A stretch of DNA of 64,000 bases from a virus. Every line of letters begins with the position of its first letter. Positions within the stretch are counted from its first letter, which is position 1. This document shows, one piece after another, positions 1 through 9,644 of this stretch. Location of the stretch: IMG/VR virus record IMGVR_UViG_3300036045_000005, positions 9,636-73,635 of that record. One strand, written 5' to 3'. The position numbers and the translations under genes were made by a program. The notes under the pieces are model-generated. The model did no database searches. It was not told where the DNA came from and saw nothing but the letters and a program-made list of their open reading frames with translations.

Positions 1-88
1 AGGATTAACCCCTGTGCGGGCTAGGCCCGTTTACCGGGCGCATGGATGAACCCAGCTTTCACCCGCGCAGGAGTTGATGGATTGTAAC

Positions 89-751
89 ATGAGAATTGCT
101 AACTGGACGAAGTTATCATCTAAGGAGTTGTGGCGTACCTGGCTGACGCGGTTTGAGGGTGAGGAGGATGCGATAGTCACGGCCGTTTTCATCGGCAACC
201 GCCTGGTGAAGGATAAAGCCCGCTCAACTAAGCGCATCTTCTACAGCATCAAGGATGAGTTTCTGCGCCGCACTCAGGCCACGGGCCAACGTGTGCGCCA
301 TGAGGTAGACCACTGTTACCGTTGTGATGGCACAGGTAACGCCTATGAGGAAGAAGATGGAGTTTGTCAGCGTTGCTGTGGAGATGGTATCTGGCGAGAC
401 CGCTGGCTTTACGTCCATCGCTTTGAAGTCAACGGCCGTCCTTACTGTTTCCATTCCTACACCGAACCGGCCGTACTGCTGACCGGGCAAGGCGAAGATT
501 TGGAGAGCTACGGTGGGCAGTTCGGTGAGGAGGAATTGGCGGAACTGGCACTGCCCATGACCGGCCTGCTGCGAATGTTGCGTTATGTAGCGGCCGTGTA
601 TTGGGGTCTGGTTTTTGACGATGGACGGTACGTCCGCCCGCCACCCAAAAAGGAAACAGGTGCGGTGGAGGAAGAGACGGCCGGTTCACGGCCAATGAAT
701 CTCCGTTTCTTCTGGGTGGGGCAGCCAACGATAGGCGACATTCTATTTTGA
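89..751 (+). CDS. Hypothetical protein with DnaJ-type CxxCxGxG zinc motifs
   Basis: CYRCDGTG...CQRCCGDG. Start uncertain (74, 77 or 89). Confidence 0.65.
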   Translation: MRIANWTKLSSKELWRTWLTRFEGEEDAIVTAVFIGNRLVKDKARSTKRIFYSIKDEFLRRTQATGQRVRHEVDHCYRCDGTGNAYEEEDGVCQRCCGDGIWRDRWLYVHRFEVNGRPYCFHSYTEPAVLLTGQGEDLESYGGQFGEEELAELALPMTGLLRMLRYVAAVYWGLVFDDGRYVRPPPKKETGAVEEETAGSRPMNLRFFWVGQPTIGDILF

Positions 752-775
752 CGTGATTTACAGGAGAAAACAAAG

Positions 776-1372
776 ATGAACGTTCCACAAATAACCATGC
801 CGCCAGAGGCGGCACAATTAAAATTAGAGGCGTATCGGAAGCAATTGCGTCGTCGGGCAGATGAGGAGTATAAGGCGGCCGTTGCTGGTTATGCGGCACT
901 GGCTGCGGGCAAGCCTCTGCTGAACCTAACGGACGCTTTTAACCATGCCGGGTTGGGGGAGGACGGCCGTCCCCGCCTGGCTATCGCCCGCGCCGACCGG
1001 AAACAGGTCATGCTAGATGTCTGGCGCGACCGACGCGAGGCGGTATTCGACTCTCGCAAAAACCCGCAAGTCTTTGGCTACGTGGGCACATTGCGGATGC
1101 GTATTCCGGTGGATTTCAGCATGAACGGTGCGAAAGATGGGTATGCCCTGGTGCCCCTCGTCCCAGCCGATGTGCGGCCGATGACGGGGAGCCTGAAGGA
1201 TTTCTTCATCTTATGGGAAGTGGAGCAGTGGTCAGATCGGCCGTTGACAGCCGTACCCGATTATGACCCCCTTCTGCTCCAACATATTGCCGGAGATTTA
1301 TATGCGGTGATAGCCGAGTGGGATTTGACCCCACTTGAACGGGCCATTATGACCGGACGGCGGGTGGCGTAG
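776..1372 (+). CDS. Hypothetical phage protein
   Basis: 198-aa ORF with AGGAG RBS. Confidence 0.7.
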   Translation: MNVPQITMPPEAAQLKLEAYRKQLRRRADEEYKAAVAGYAALAAGKPLLNLTDAFNHAGLGEDGRPRLAIARADRKQVMLDVWRDRREAVFDSRKNPQVFGYVGTLRMRIPVDFSMNGAKDGYALVPLVPADVRPMTGSLKDFFILWEVEQWSDRPLTAVPDYDPLLLQHIAGDLYAVIAEWDLTPLERAIMTGRRVA

Positions 1373-1401
1373 AAAGAGAGATAGAGAAAGGGCACAGATA
1401 T

Positions 1402-1451
1402 TTGACGGCCTTGCCTCATTCAACATAGAATGGTGTGTGATTTAATCATAC
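1402..1451 (+). promoter_or_regulatory. sigma70-like promoter with operator-like inverted repeat
   Basis: TTGACG(1402)-18-TAGAAT(1426), followed by TGTGAT-TTA-ATCATA (1436-1450). Confidence 0.6.
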
Positions 1452-1470
1452 GAAGATGTGAGGCAAGACC

Positions 1471-1842
1471 ATGCAAGAGAAGTCTGGACGTGGGGGGAAA
1501 CGCCAGGGTGCTGGCCGTCGCGCCCGATATGGCAGCCCAATGCCTCGTTCCGCTTTCACCGCCCGCCCCGATCAAGTTGTTTTCTACCTGCTTCTGTCTG
1601 GAAATGAGCGCACCGTTTCGGCAGGGGTGCAACGGGCAGTACGGCGGCTGGTGGAGTCGAATGACCCGGAAGCGGCCGCACTATATGAGCAGGCGAAGTG
1701 GATGACCAAACAGGCTGAGGCGGAACTGGAGGCGGGCAAGACTGTAGGTGAGGAAGTGAAGCAAGAAGAGATATTACGCCATGTCTTAGAACACCACCTG
1801 CGGCTGGTGGCATTGTGGGAAAATCGTGAAGGGAATGGTTGA
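1471..1842 (+). CDS. Hypothetical protein
   Basis: 123-aa ORF after a promoter, GAGG RBS. Confidence 0.6.
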   Translation: MQEKSGRGGKRQGAGRRARYGSPMPRSAFTARPDQVVFYLLLSGNERTVSAGVQRAVRRLVESNDPEAAALYEQAKWMTKQAEAELEAGKTVGEEVKQEEILRHVLEHHLRLVALWENREGNG

Positions 1843-1887
1843 CGACCGTCCCCTTTTTTTGTTATCATTCAGTATGATAAAATCGGA
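1839..1887 (+). promoter_or_regulatory. Promoter with operator-like motif
   Basis: TTGACG(1839)-18-TATCAT(1863); TATGAT-AAA-ATCGGA (1873-1887). Confidence 0.55.
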
Positions 1888-1905
1888 CTAAATCAAAGGT
1901 GAGAG

Positions 1906-2121
1906 ATGACGACAAAAACTACAACCATCAAGCGAGGGCGCAAGCCGCAGTTTGACGAACCGGGCAAGCGGGATACGGCTTATCTCCCGCAATCTAACCA
2001 CGAGATTCTGGTGGCAATTGGTGACGACAATTTCAGCCGGGGAGTTCGTGTCGCCCTGGAAGCGTATCGCCGGCAATTCGGCGATGCGCCTAACCAGGAA
2101 CTCCTGGCTCAAGTAGTGTAG
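1906..2121 (+). CDS. Small basic putative DNA-binding protein (RHH-like)
   Basis: KRGRKP basic N-terminus followed by a strand-helix-helix pattern. Confidence 0.5.
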   Translation: MTTKTTTIKRGRKPQFDEPGKRDTAYLPQSNHEILVAIGDDNFSRGVRVALEAYRRQFGDAPNQELLAQVV

Positions 2122-2203
2122 GCAGCCGACCAAGCGGCTTCTTCATTCTTCTCTTCCTCTTCCTGGCGTAGACCCTGGCCCAAAACCAGGGTCTACTGCT
2201 TTA

Positions 2204-2250
2204 TTGACAACGGCTTGAAAATCGCTATAATTAAGTATGATAAAATCATA
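2204..2250 (+). promoter_or_regulatory. Consensus sigma70 promoter with perfect operator palindrome
   Basis: TTGACA(2204)-16-TATAAT(2226); TATGAT-AAA-ATCATA (2236-2250); upstream hairpin GTAGACCCTGG/CCAGGGTCTAC (2168-2196). Confidence 0.75.
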
Positions 2251-2274
2251 TATATTCAAAAGCGGGGCAAGACC

Positions 2275-3249
2275 ATGAGAGAGGCAACAGCAGCAGATAT
2301 ACCGGGTGTTAAGGGAGCATTTAATGGCACAAGCTGGACACCGGAGAAGCGGGAAGAATCGGCTATCAAAAGCTACCTGGATCATATGGTGGCTGTGAAA
2401 ATAGAGTTTGACCAGTGGCGTACTCCTGAGAACGGTACACAAATGGATGAGGCGTTAGAGGCGTATCGGGTGAAATATGCCAGCCTATACAACGCTTATC
2501 TGTCAGCGCATGGGCGCGTGGCTTCTGCCGCCATTACAGGTGGCTCGAATTTCCCCACGCGGCGGATGCAAAAGCGAGGGGCAACGGCCGACAAGCGGGT
2601 ACACGAATGGATGGGATGGAGCGATAGGCGGCTTGCCCAATTACGCGATCTGTATGACCCCAAACGGATCGCCCGCGCTGCGGCCAAAGCCCCCATTTCC
2701 TCAGACAACCCGGTGTTAGCTGTCGCCCAATTGCAAGACAGGATTGATAAGGCAGAGAAGGTTCAGGAGTTAATGAAAGCTGCCAATAAGATTGTCAGGA
2801 ATGGCAAGTTGACGGCCGAGGAAAAGGTATTGAGACTGACCACTCTTGTTGGTTCAGAACATATAGCCCGGAAATTGCTACAACCTGATTCTTGCAACCG
2901 ATTAGGATTTGCCGATTATCAACTGACCAACAACAACGCCAATATCCGCCGTATGAAAGCACGTATTGCGGAGTTGGAGTTAGCGGCGAAGCGTGAAAGC
3001 GACAGCGACCAGCGCGGCGACATTACTATTGAGCGCAACGTAAATGAAAACCGCCTGCAAATCTTCTTCCCTGACAAGCCAGTAGCGGCCGTGCGTGACG
3101 TACTCAAGAGTAACGGCTTCCACTGGTCTCCTTCCATCGGCTGTTGGCAAAGACAGCTAAATGATCATGCGACTTACGCTTTTGAGAACCATATTTGGCC
3201 GGTAATTGCCCGGCATTACGAAACCACTAACAAGGAGGAGCGGCCGTGA
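2275..3249 (+). CDS. DUF3560-like / polyvalent-protein-associated hypothetical protein
   Basis: ITGGSNFP motif, LTNNNANIRR segment and C-terminal NRLQIFFPDKP...LKSNGFHWSPS...WQR. Confidence 0.6.
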   Translation: MREATAADIPGVKGAFNGTSWTPEKREESAIKSYLDHMVAVKIEFDQWRTPENGTQMDEALEAYRVKYASLYNAYLSAHGRVASAAITGGSNFPTRRMQKRGATADKRVHEWMGWSDRRLAQLRDLYDPKRIARAAAKAPISSDNPVLAVAQLQDRIDKAEKVQELMKAANKIVRNGKLTAEEKVLRLTTLVGSEHIARKLLQPDSCNRLGFADYQLTNNNANIRRMKARIAELELAAKRESDSDQRGDITIERNVNENRLQIFFPDKPVAAVRDVLKSNGFHWSPSIGCWQRQLNDHATYAFENHIWPVIARHYETTNKEERP

Positions 3250-3500
3250 ACAACAGATTTGTTGCGATAGCCACCACCGAAGGCAGAATCACTGCAATTA
3301 CTATTCATCTGCCTGATACAACAGGCAACCACGCAACCCTTTGCGGTATGGATGGAAACGATCCACACCCGTCAGTCAATCAATCGTCTGCCACTGCACC
3401 CGCCCGCGCAAAGGTGAACTGCCCGCAATGTTATGCCTTGTGGAAAGTAGCGCAGCAATACACAAAAGCGGACTTTATCTGGACGGAGGGACGGCTGTGA
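3246..3500 (+). CDS. Small Cys/His (zinc-binding) hypothetical protein
   Basis: H...TLCG...VNCPQC; GTGA-coupled to both neighbours. Confidence 0.6.
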   Translation: MNNRFVAIATTEGRITAITIHLPDTTGNHATLCGMDGNDPHPSVNQSSATAPARAKVNCPQCYALWKVAQQYTKADFIWTEGRL

Positions 3501-4480
3501 AATCCATCACCGTCCCACCCATCATTGACACCGCCATGCGCCAGGGGGCAACGCTGGCTGTGAACATTTCCGGTGGCAAGGATGGGCAGGCAATGGCTAA
3601 CACCCTCGGCCGCCTGCACCAGGAGCGCGGCTGGGCGGGCGGCATCTTCGCCTTGCACATGGACCTGGGCCGGGCTGAATGGCCGCAGACACCCGGCCAC
3701 GTGGAGCGTATCGCCCACGAGAATGGTCTGCCCCTGGTGGTAGTCAATCGGCCGCAAGGCGATCTGGTGCAGGAGATTGCTGACCGCATGGAGAAGTTGC
3801 GCGGCACCGGCAAACCCTTCTGGCCTTCTTCTGCCAGCCGTTATTGCACGGCCGACCAGAAGCGCAGCCAGGCGGACAAGGTTTACCGCGACGTGGACGC
3901 GCACCTCGCTCCATTCTGGCCCTCAGCCTCCAGTCGCTATTGCACCGCACACCACAAAACGAACCAGGCCGATAAGGTTTATCGCCAGCACCGGATCGTC
4001 ATCAGCGCCGAGGGCATCCGCGCCGCCGAGAGCAAGACCAGAGAGAAGAAAAACCCACTGCACATGCGGGAGCAAATCACCGCCAAAGCCCTGGTCAACC
4101 TTTCCCTTGAGGATGCGCTGGCTTACCGCAACCCGGAGCAGCGGTTGGGCATCAACTGGTATCCGATTTTCGATTGGTCAATTGATGACGTATGGGCAGC
4201 CTGCGGCACGTCTGCGGCCGACCTGGAAACACGACGGGCATTGTATGCCGACGGCCGTGAGGCGGAAGCCCTGGACGGCTGGCCCTGCCACCCCGCCTAT
4301 GTCTTTGGCAACCAACGGTTAAGCTGTGCCCTGTGCGTCCTGGCAAGTGACAACGACATCCGCAATGGGGCGAAGCATCACCCGGAGCTATATGCAACCT
4401 ATCGCCAGATGGAAGAAGAAGGTGGGTCTACGTTTAAGCACGGCCGTTCATTGGCCGACATTGTGGAAGGCGATCTATGA
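3497..4480 (+). CDS. PAPS reductase-family (PP-loop, DndC-like) protein with internal 32-aa duplication
   Basis: SGGKD PP-loop, RYCT..K, GIRAAES..R, WYPIFDWS..DVW, HPAY..G..RLSCALC. Confidence 0.85.
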   Translation: MKSITVPPIIDTAMRQGATLAVNISGGKDGQAMANTLGRLHQERGWAGGIFALHMDLGRAEWPQTPGHVERIAHENGLPLVVVNRPQGDLVQEIADRMEKLRGTGKPFWPSSASRYCTADQKRSQADKVYRDVDAHLAPFWPSASSRYCTAHHKTNQADKVYRQHRIVISAEGIRAAESKTREKKNPLHMREQITAKALVNLSLEDALAYRNPEQRLGINWYPIFDWSIDDVWAACGTSAADLETRRALYADGREAEALDGWPCHPAYVFGNQRLSCALCVLASDNDIRNGAKHHPELYATYRQMEEEGGSTFKHGRSLADIVEGDL

Positions 4481-4728
4481 GCAGAACCAAACATCAACCA
4501 TCTCAAGCCGGGTTCTTTCCCAAAATAACTGTTGCTCACCAGCAGGAATGGTTGTGGACATACGATTCAGCCGGGTGGGGGATGTTTTTCACACGCCCCG
4601 CAGGGTCAAAGGAGTTGTTTTACAACCGGTTCGCGGGCACACCCAAACACCCTCGGAGCGGGCACGGGCCAGGAGAATATGTTGATGAATTTGGAAAGGT
4701 TTGTGTAGCACAGGAGCAACGGCAATGA
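4477..4728 (+). CDS. Hypothetical protein
   Basis: 83-aa ORF, ATGA-coupled on both sides. Confidence 0.55.
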   Translation: MSRTKHQPSQAGFFPKITVAHQQEWLWTYDSAGWGMFFTRPAGSKELFYNRFAGTPKHPRSGHGPGEYVDEFGKVCVAQEQRQ

Positions 4729-5702
4729 ACAGGGTTAAGCAGCAATTTCTCCTGGACAAGCGGGTGCTGTTCAATTACAGCATCACCAACGGCCGTATTG
4801 ATGGCCCGTTGGATGATGCGCCGGTCATTGTCTCCAATGGCGTTGGCACGGATTCCGTCGCGCTACTCGTCGAGTTGCACCGTGCCGCAGTGGTGCCGGA
4901 TGCCATCGTGACCGCGCTGGTGGGGCAGGGGGAATTTGGCAATGAGCATCGCCGCTTTTATCAGTACATCCCGATTTTGGAGAAGTGGTTGACTGACGTT
5001 GGCTTCCCGCCCATCACCTTTGTCTGGTATGAGATGAAGCGGCAGGCCAAACACTTTGAGTATCGAAGTCTGGCGGGGAACTGTCTGGCGAATCGGATGC
5101 TGCCCAGCATCTCCTACCGACGCAATCACAGTTGCAGCCTGAAGTACAAGGGCGCGGAGATTGACCGGTGGGTGACGGCGCGGTACGGGGAACGGCCGTG
5201 TTATCGGCTGGTGGGTTACGACTGTGGCGAAGGGCACCGCAACGCCCGTTTTAGTGCCAGGCCAACCAACAGTGCGCGAGGCAAAGACCTGTTCATTTAT
5301 CCATTGCAATATCTAGGAATGACGCGGCAGGACTGCGAGGAGGCCATCACGGCCGCCGGGTTGCCACTGCCGGGCAAATCTTCCTGTACCTTCTGTGCTT
5401 CGATGCACCCAGAAGAGATAGACGAATTGCTCCCCGATGAGTTGTGGCGCATTGTCATCCTGGAAGCCCACGCTTCGCCCAACCTGAAAACCATCAAGGG
5501 GTTGTGGGGGCATGACGGCCGGATGACAGATTACATCGTCATGCGCGGCCTGTTGCCCGCCGTCCTGGTGGCTGAGGTATGGGCGAAGTGGGCGGCCGAC
5601 GAACGGCCGTCGGAGTTGCGTGATAACCCGGATGCAATTGCAGATGTCGTGCTTTTCGAGGAATCGAGAAGGCTGGCCGATATTGTGGAGGCAGAACTGT
5701 GA
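4725..5702 (+). CDS. Second, divergent PP-loop/PAPS-reductase-like protein
   Basis: SNGVGTDS PP-loop variant, CSLKYK, VGYD.GE..R, YPL...GMTR.DC, PGKSSCTFC. Confidence 0.75.
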   Translation: MNRVKQQFLLDKRVLFNYSITNGRIDGPLDDAPVIVSNGVGTDSVALLVELHRAAVVPDAIVTALVGQGEFGNEHRRFYQYIPILEKWLTDVGFPPITFVWYEMKRQAKHFEYRSLAGNCLANRMLPSISYRRNHSCSLKYKGAEIDRWVTARYGERPCYRLVGYDCGEGHRNARFSARPTNSARGKDLFIYPLQYLGMTRQDCEEAITAAGLPLPGKSSCTFCASMHPEEIDELLPDELWRIVILEAHASPNLKTIKGLWGHDGRMTDYIVMRGLLPAVLVAEVWAKWAADERPSELRDNPDAIADVVLFEESRRLADIVEAEL

Positions 5703-6259
5703 ACGAAACATTGATCTATCGGGAGAAGGCGGTCTATATCAAACCCGGCACATTTTCCGGGTACGTCGCAATCGTCCCCAACCAAAGCGGAATCTCGCGG
5801 AAGAAATTACAACACGAAGATTGTGACGTGGTAACCGCCCTGGCGAAAGGGTGGATTGATGAGCAGTTGGATCGAGAGCTGCCGGTAACTCTCTACACCT
5901 TCGGCTACCAAAAGCAACACCCCCAAACGCTGTATGACCACTTGAAGCGTCTAGGCGCGGTACTGGTGGATATTCGTTATAGCCCGCACTCCCGCAACCC
6001 GGTTTGGAATGGGGGCAACCTGAGCATCGTTCTCGGAAATAGGTACGTCTACCTTCGCAGCCTGGGCAATGTCAATTACAACTCCGAGGAAGGCATCCGG
6101 ATCGCCGACATCGAAACAGGCGGTGCGAAGGTTGCCGCGATGATGCAGGTTGCGCCGGTCATTCTGTTGTGCGTCTGCCCGAATCCTGAGACTTGCCACC
6201 GCAAGGTGGTAGCCGATGCCCTGGCCGTGCGCTATGGCTGGCAGGTGGAGCATTTGTAG
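5699..6259 (+). CDS. DUF488-domain protein
   Basis: LYTFGY, LVDIRYSPHSR, LGN, LLC..P..CHR..VA motifs. Confidence 0.8.
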   Translation: MNETLIYREKAVYIKPGTFSGYVAIVPNQSGISRKKLQHEDCDVVTALAKGWIDEQLDRELPVTLYTFGYQKQHPQTLYDHLKRLGAVLVDIRYSPHSRNPVWNGGNLSIVLGNRYVYLRSLGNVNYNSEEGIRIADIETGGAKVAAMMQVAPVILLCVCPNPETCHRKVVADALAVRYGWQVEHL

Positions 6260-6469
6260 ATGGGTATTGAACTCTATGCGATTACCCACTACCGGGTTTT
6301 TATCGAAGTGGAGAGGCGGCTGGCAACACCCAAATGGTATTCGGTTCAGGCTGCCATTGCTTGGGTCATTAGTAATCAACTTGGCCGGAGCAAGGTTATT
6401 GGAGAGTTGGGCACAACCTCTTGTATCCATGTTGCCACCGTGATTGCAGAACAACAATGCACCAGTTAG
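6260..6469 (+). CDS. Hypothetical protein
   Basis: 69-aa ORF with GGAG RBS filling the intergenic gap. Confidence 0.4.
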   Translation: MGIELYAITHYRVFIEVERRLATPKWYSVQAAIAWVISNQLGRSKVIGELGTTSCIHVATVIAEQQCTS

Positions 6470-7110
6470 CCATTACCCTCGGCACTAAAGCCGATCTGCA
6501 TTGGGCGCAGCAGACCGTCACCGCGCATCACTGTTTGCACCAGCCCGTACACAACCAGGCACGGCCGATGGTTTACGTCCTCACCATCAACGGCTTGCGC
6601 GCTGGCTTGATGATGGTTGGTTTACCCCATGCCACCAAAAACAGAGGGTGGTGGGGCTACGATGGCCTGCCAACACAGTGGCAAGTAGTAGACCTGTGCC
6701 GTATCTGGATTGCGCCGGAGTTGCAACCAGGTGGGTATTGGGCATCACGGCGACGCGTACCCGGCTTCACTGACCGGCGCGGCATCTTCCGGCCAACCGT
6801 TGCCACCTGGTTTATCCATGAAGTGCTGGCGCGGGTGCAGCGCGACCGCGTTTCCCTCTGGCCGCCGGTCTATCTGGACAAGCCCTATCACATTCGGCTG
6901 GTCATCAGCTACCACGATCCAGCTCTGCACCGGGGAACTATCTACAAACTGGCGGGGGCGGAGCCGATGTATACGGATGAAGCAGGTACGGCCGTGCCTG
7001 GGCCATCGGGTAAATATGGCTGGTGCTGGCGATTGCCGGAACCAGATTGGAATTGGAATGAGATTGATATAGCAGGGCCGCGCACGTTGCGGCTGCCGTT
7101 GGAGGTGTAA
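6457..7110 (+). CDS. Mom-like (GNAT-fold) DNA adenine-modification protein
   Basis: HHxLH, DLCRIW and ISYHD...HRGTIY motifs, as in Mu Mom homologues. Confidence 0.7.
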   Translation: MHQLAITLGTKADLHWAQQTVTAHHCLHQPVHNQARPMVYVLTINGLRAGLMMVGLPHATKNRGWWGYDGLPTQWQVVDLCRIWIAPELQPGGYWASRRRVPGFTDRRGIFRPTVATWFIHEVLARVQRDRVSLWPPVYLDKPYHIRLVISYHDPALHRGTIYKLAGAEPMYTDEAGTAVPGPSGKYGWCWRLPEPDWNWNEIDIAGPRTLRLPLEV

Positions 7111-7111
7111 G

Positions 7112-7531
7112 GTGAAGGCGATACTTGAAGAACGAATTAAGATAAGCCAGGAGAATATAGGGCGAATGGGCAAAGACGGCCGTCCGCCCAAAATGTCCAT
7201 CCCTGTTCAGGCAACGGACGAGGATGTGTTTATTACTGAGACATTCAATATGACGGTGGCAGAGTTGGAGCGATTGCGCCAACACCGTGATGCTCTATTG
7301 GCGGCCGTCCAGGAATTAAAATCAGAGTTGATAGCGGCTCGCTGCGGGATTACGCCGCTTGCCACCAACTTTGCGGGGCCGTGTATTGCCCACGTAGGCG
7401 GAGCAGAAAAGGAATTTGCCAGTTATGCGGAAGCCCGCGCCTGGATACAGGCTAGTTTCGACGCGATGTTTCCGGCCGTTTTAGCTGCTGTTACCGGGAC
7501 GGATACACGAGGAGCAGCCAATGCCGCGTAA
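7112..7531 (+). CDS. Hypothetical protein
   Basis: 139-aa ORF with GGAGG RBS. Confidence 0.6.
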   Translation: MKAILEERIKISQENIGRMGKDGRPPKMSIPVQATDEDVFITETFNMTVAELERLRQHRDALLAAVQELKSELIAARCGITPLATNFAGPCIAHVGGAEKEFASYAEARAWIQASFDAMFPAVLAAVTGTDTRGAANAA

Positions 7532-9335
7532 AAGTTCAACACTCTCAATTACCGATATGTTTTGTGGGGCGGGCGGGAGCAGCCAGGGGGCGCGTCGCCT
7601 GGGGCTGGATGTGCAGCTTGCCATGAATCATTGGCGGCTGGCCGTCGAAACTCACAACTCGAATTTCCCTGACACCCATCACGACGTGGCCGATTTACGC
7701 ATCGTCCACCCCGGCCGTTACTGGTCAACCAACATATTACTGGCTTCGCCTGAGTGTACCAATCACTCCATTGCCAAAGGCGCGAAGCGTCGCCGGGGCC
7801 AGCTTTCGCTGCTTGAAGATGAGCAGGTGGACCCCTCGGCCGTGCGCTCTCGTGCCACCATGTGGAACGTGCCGGAATACGCCGAACACCATAATTACGA
7901 CATCATCATCGTGGAAAACGTCGTGGATGCCCGCCACTGGCGGCCGTGGGATGGCTGGCTAACGGCGATGCGCAACCTGGGTTACGAGCATGAGGTTGTC
8001 TATCTCAACAGCATGTTCGCCCACATGCGGCCGTTGCCCAACCCGCGCTATGGGGATTTTGCGCCGCAGTCACGCGACCGGCTGTACGTTGTTTTCTGGA
8101 AGAGGGGGAACAAGAAGCCGGACTTAGAGATACGGCCGTTGGCCCACTGCCCCCAACATGGCAATGTGGAGGCGGTGCAAAGCTGGAAGAAACGGCCAGG
8201 CGATCCCTTCTGGCGCTGGGGCAGGTATGGAGCGCAGTACGTCTATCGCTGCCCGCATTGCGGGCAGGAGATTACGCCCTACTACTACGCCGCCGCCAAT
8301 GCCATTGATTGGTGTTTACCAGCCGAGCGTATTGGTGACCGGGCACGGCCGCTTAAGGAGCGCACTCTGCAACGCATCCAGCGTGGGCTGGAGATGTTTG
8401 CCGGGCAGCACCTGGTGGTTGACCTGGCCTACACACACGGCCACAACAATCGGAGTGTGCCCCTCTTCCGGGCATCCCTGCCCACCCAAACAACAGCAAG
8501 TACGGCCGCGTTGCTCATGCTGCCCTTCACCGTTGAGACATTGTTCACCGATGGCGAACGGCTGCCCCGGCCGGTTGACGAGGCCCTGGCCACCCAGACA
8601 ACGCGCCAGAGTACGGCCGTTGTTACTCCGCCGTTTCTGACCAGTGTCAACTATTACGACGACATTGTGCGGGGGGTGGATGGGGCTTTGCCGACACAAA
8701 CAACAAGCGAGAAACTGGCGGTAACGTTGCCACCTTTCCTGACCATCAACTACAGCCCTGGCTATAGCAAGGCGGTTGATGAGGCTCTGGCAACCGTGAC
8801 AGCGCAAGACCATCACGGGTTGGTGATACCACCCTTCCTCCTGGGGTATGCCAACCAGGAAGGCCCGGCGAAGGGAGTGGACGAACCTCTCCGTACTTTC
8901 CATACGGAGAATGGGCAGGCATTGGTTATGCCCTTCATCGCCAGTTTGCACGGAACAACCAACGGCATGGCTCTCCCCAAAGGCGTGGATGATCCTCTCG
9001 CCACCTTTGCGGCCGGTGGCAACCATCACGGCCTTGTTGTCCCATTCACCCTCAGCTACTACGGGGCGAATGGCAATGAGCGGCCGGTTGACCGGGAGAT
9101 GGGCACGGTGACAACGACTGACCGCCACGCGCTGGTGCAGCCGGGGCAGGAAATACGAGTTGAGGACTGTGGCTTCCGCATGTTGGAGCCGGGCGAGATT
9201 GGCCGGGGGATGGCTTTCGATAACGAATATATCGTTCTAGGTAACAAGCGGGAGCAGGTGCGGCAATACGGCAATGCGGTTACGCCCATTGCCGAGGAAC
9301 TATTATTGGAGCGTTGCGTGGCGACGCTGTTGTAA
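7521..9335 (+). CDS. DNA (cytosine-5) methyltransferase with repeated variable region
   Basis: DMFCGAGG (motif I), ASPEC (IV), VENV (VI), Q.RDR (VIII), RML.P.E (IX), GNAV (X). Confidence 0.92.
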   Translation: MPRKSSTLSITDMFCGAGGSSQGARRLGLDVQLAMNHWRLAVETHNSNFPDTHHDVADLRIVHPGRYWSTNILLASPECTNHSIAKGAKRRRGQLSLLEDEQVDPSAVRSRATMWNVPEYAEHHNYDIIIVENVVDARHWRPWDGWLTAMRNLGYEHEVVYLNSMFAHMRPLPNPRYGDFAPQSRDRLYVVFWKRGNKKPDLEIRPLAHCPQHGNVEAVQSWKKRPGDPFWRWGRYGAQYVYRCPHCGQEITPYYYAAANAIDWCLPAERIGDRARPLKERTLQRIQRGLEMFAGQHLVVDLAYTHGHNNRSVPLFRASLPTQTTASTAALLMLPFTVETLFTDGERLPRPVDEALATQTTRQSTAVVTPPFLTSVNYYDDIVRGVDGALPTQTTSEKLAVTLPPFLTINYSPGYSKAVDEALATVTAQDHHGLVIPPFLLGYANQEGPAKGVDEPLRTFHTENGQALVMPFIASLHGTTNGMALPKGVDDPLATFAAGGNHHGLVVPFTLSYYGANGNERPVDREMGTVTTTDRHALVQPGQEIRVEDCGFRMLEPGEIGRGMAFDNEYIVLGNKREQVRQYGNAVTPIAEELLLERCVATLL

Positions 9336-9344
9336 GGAGCAACA

Positions 9345-9623
9345 ATGTACACATCTAAACAAAAACAATACATAGATAGCGTAGACGGCCGTGCCCACCA
9401 AAGCGCGGTGGAAATTATCGGCCAACTTGAGGCAGAGATTGCGGCAATACGGCCGGTAGCAGAAGCGGCGGCAAGCCTTCGCGCTCACAACATGAAGACC
9501 CGTCAAAAATACGGGGCAAGTCCGATAGATTCTGTGAACAAAGTCATTGGCGATCTTGTTGTTGGCCTCGAGGAAGCGGTGGATGCTGCCAGCATTGCCG
9601 GTTATTTGGAGATACGGCCGTGA
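9345..9623 (+). CDS. Hypothetical protein
   Basis: 92-aa ORF with AAGGAG RBS. Confidence 0.6.
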   Translation: MYTSKQKQYIDSVDGRAHQSAVEIIGQLEAEIAAIRPVAEAAASLRAHNMKTRQKYGASPIDSVNKVIGDLVVGLEEAVDAASIAGYLEIRP

Positions 9624-9644
9624 CCCGAATCCACTGATAGAAGG

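Noticed and set aside
3815-3985. DGR template/variable repeat pair
   Set aside because: Differences between the copies are synonymous-type and not adenine-specific, and no reverse transcriptase is visible.
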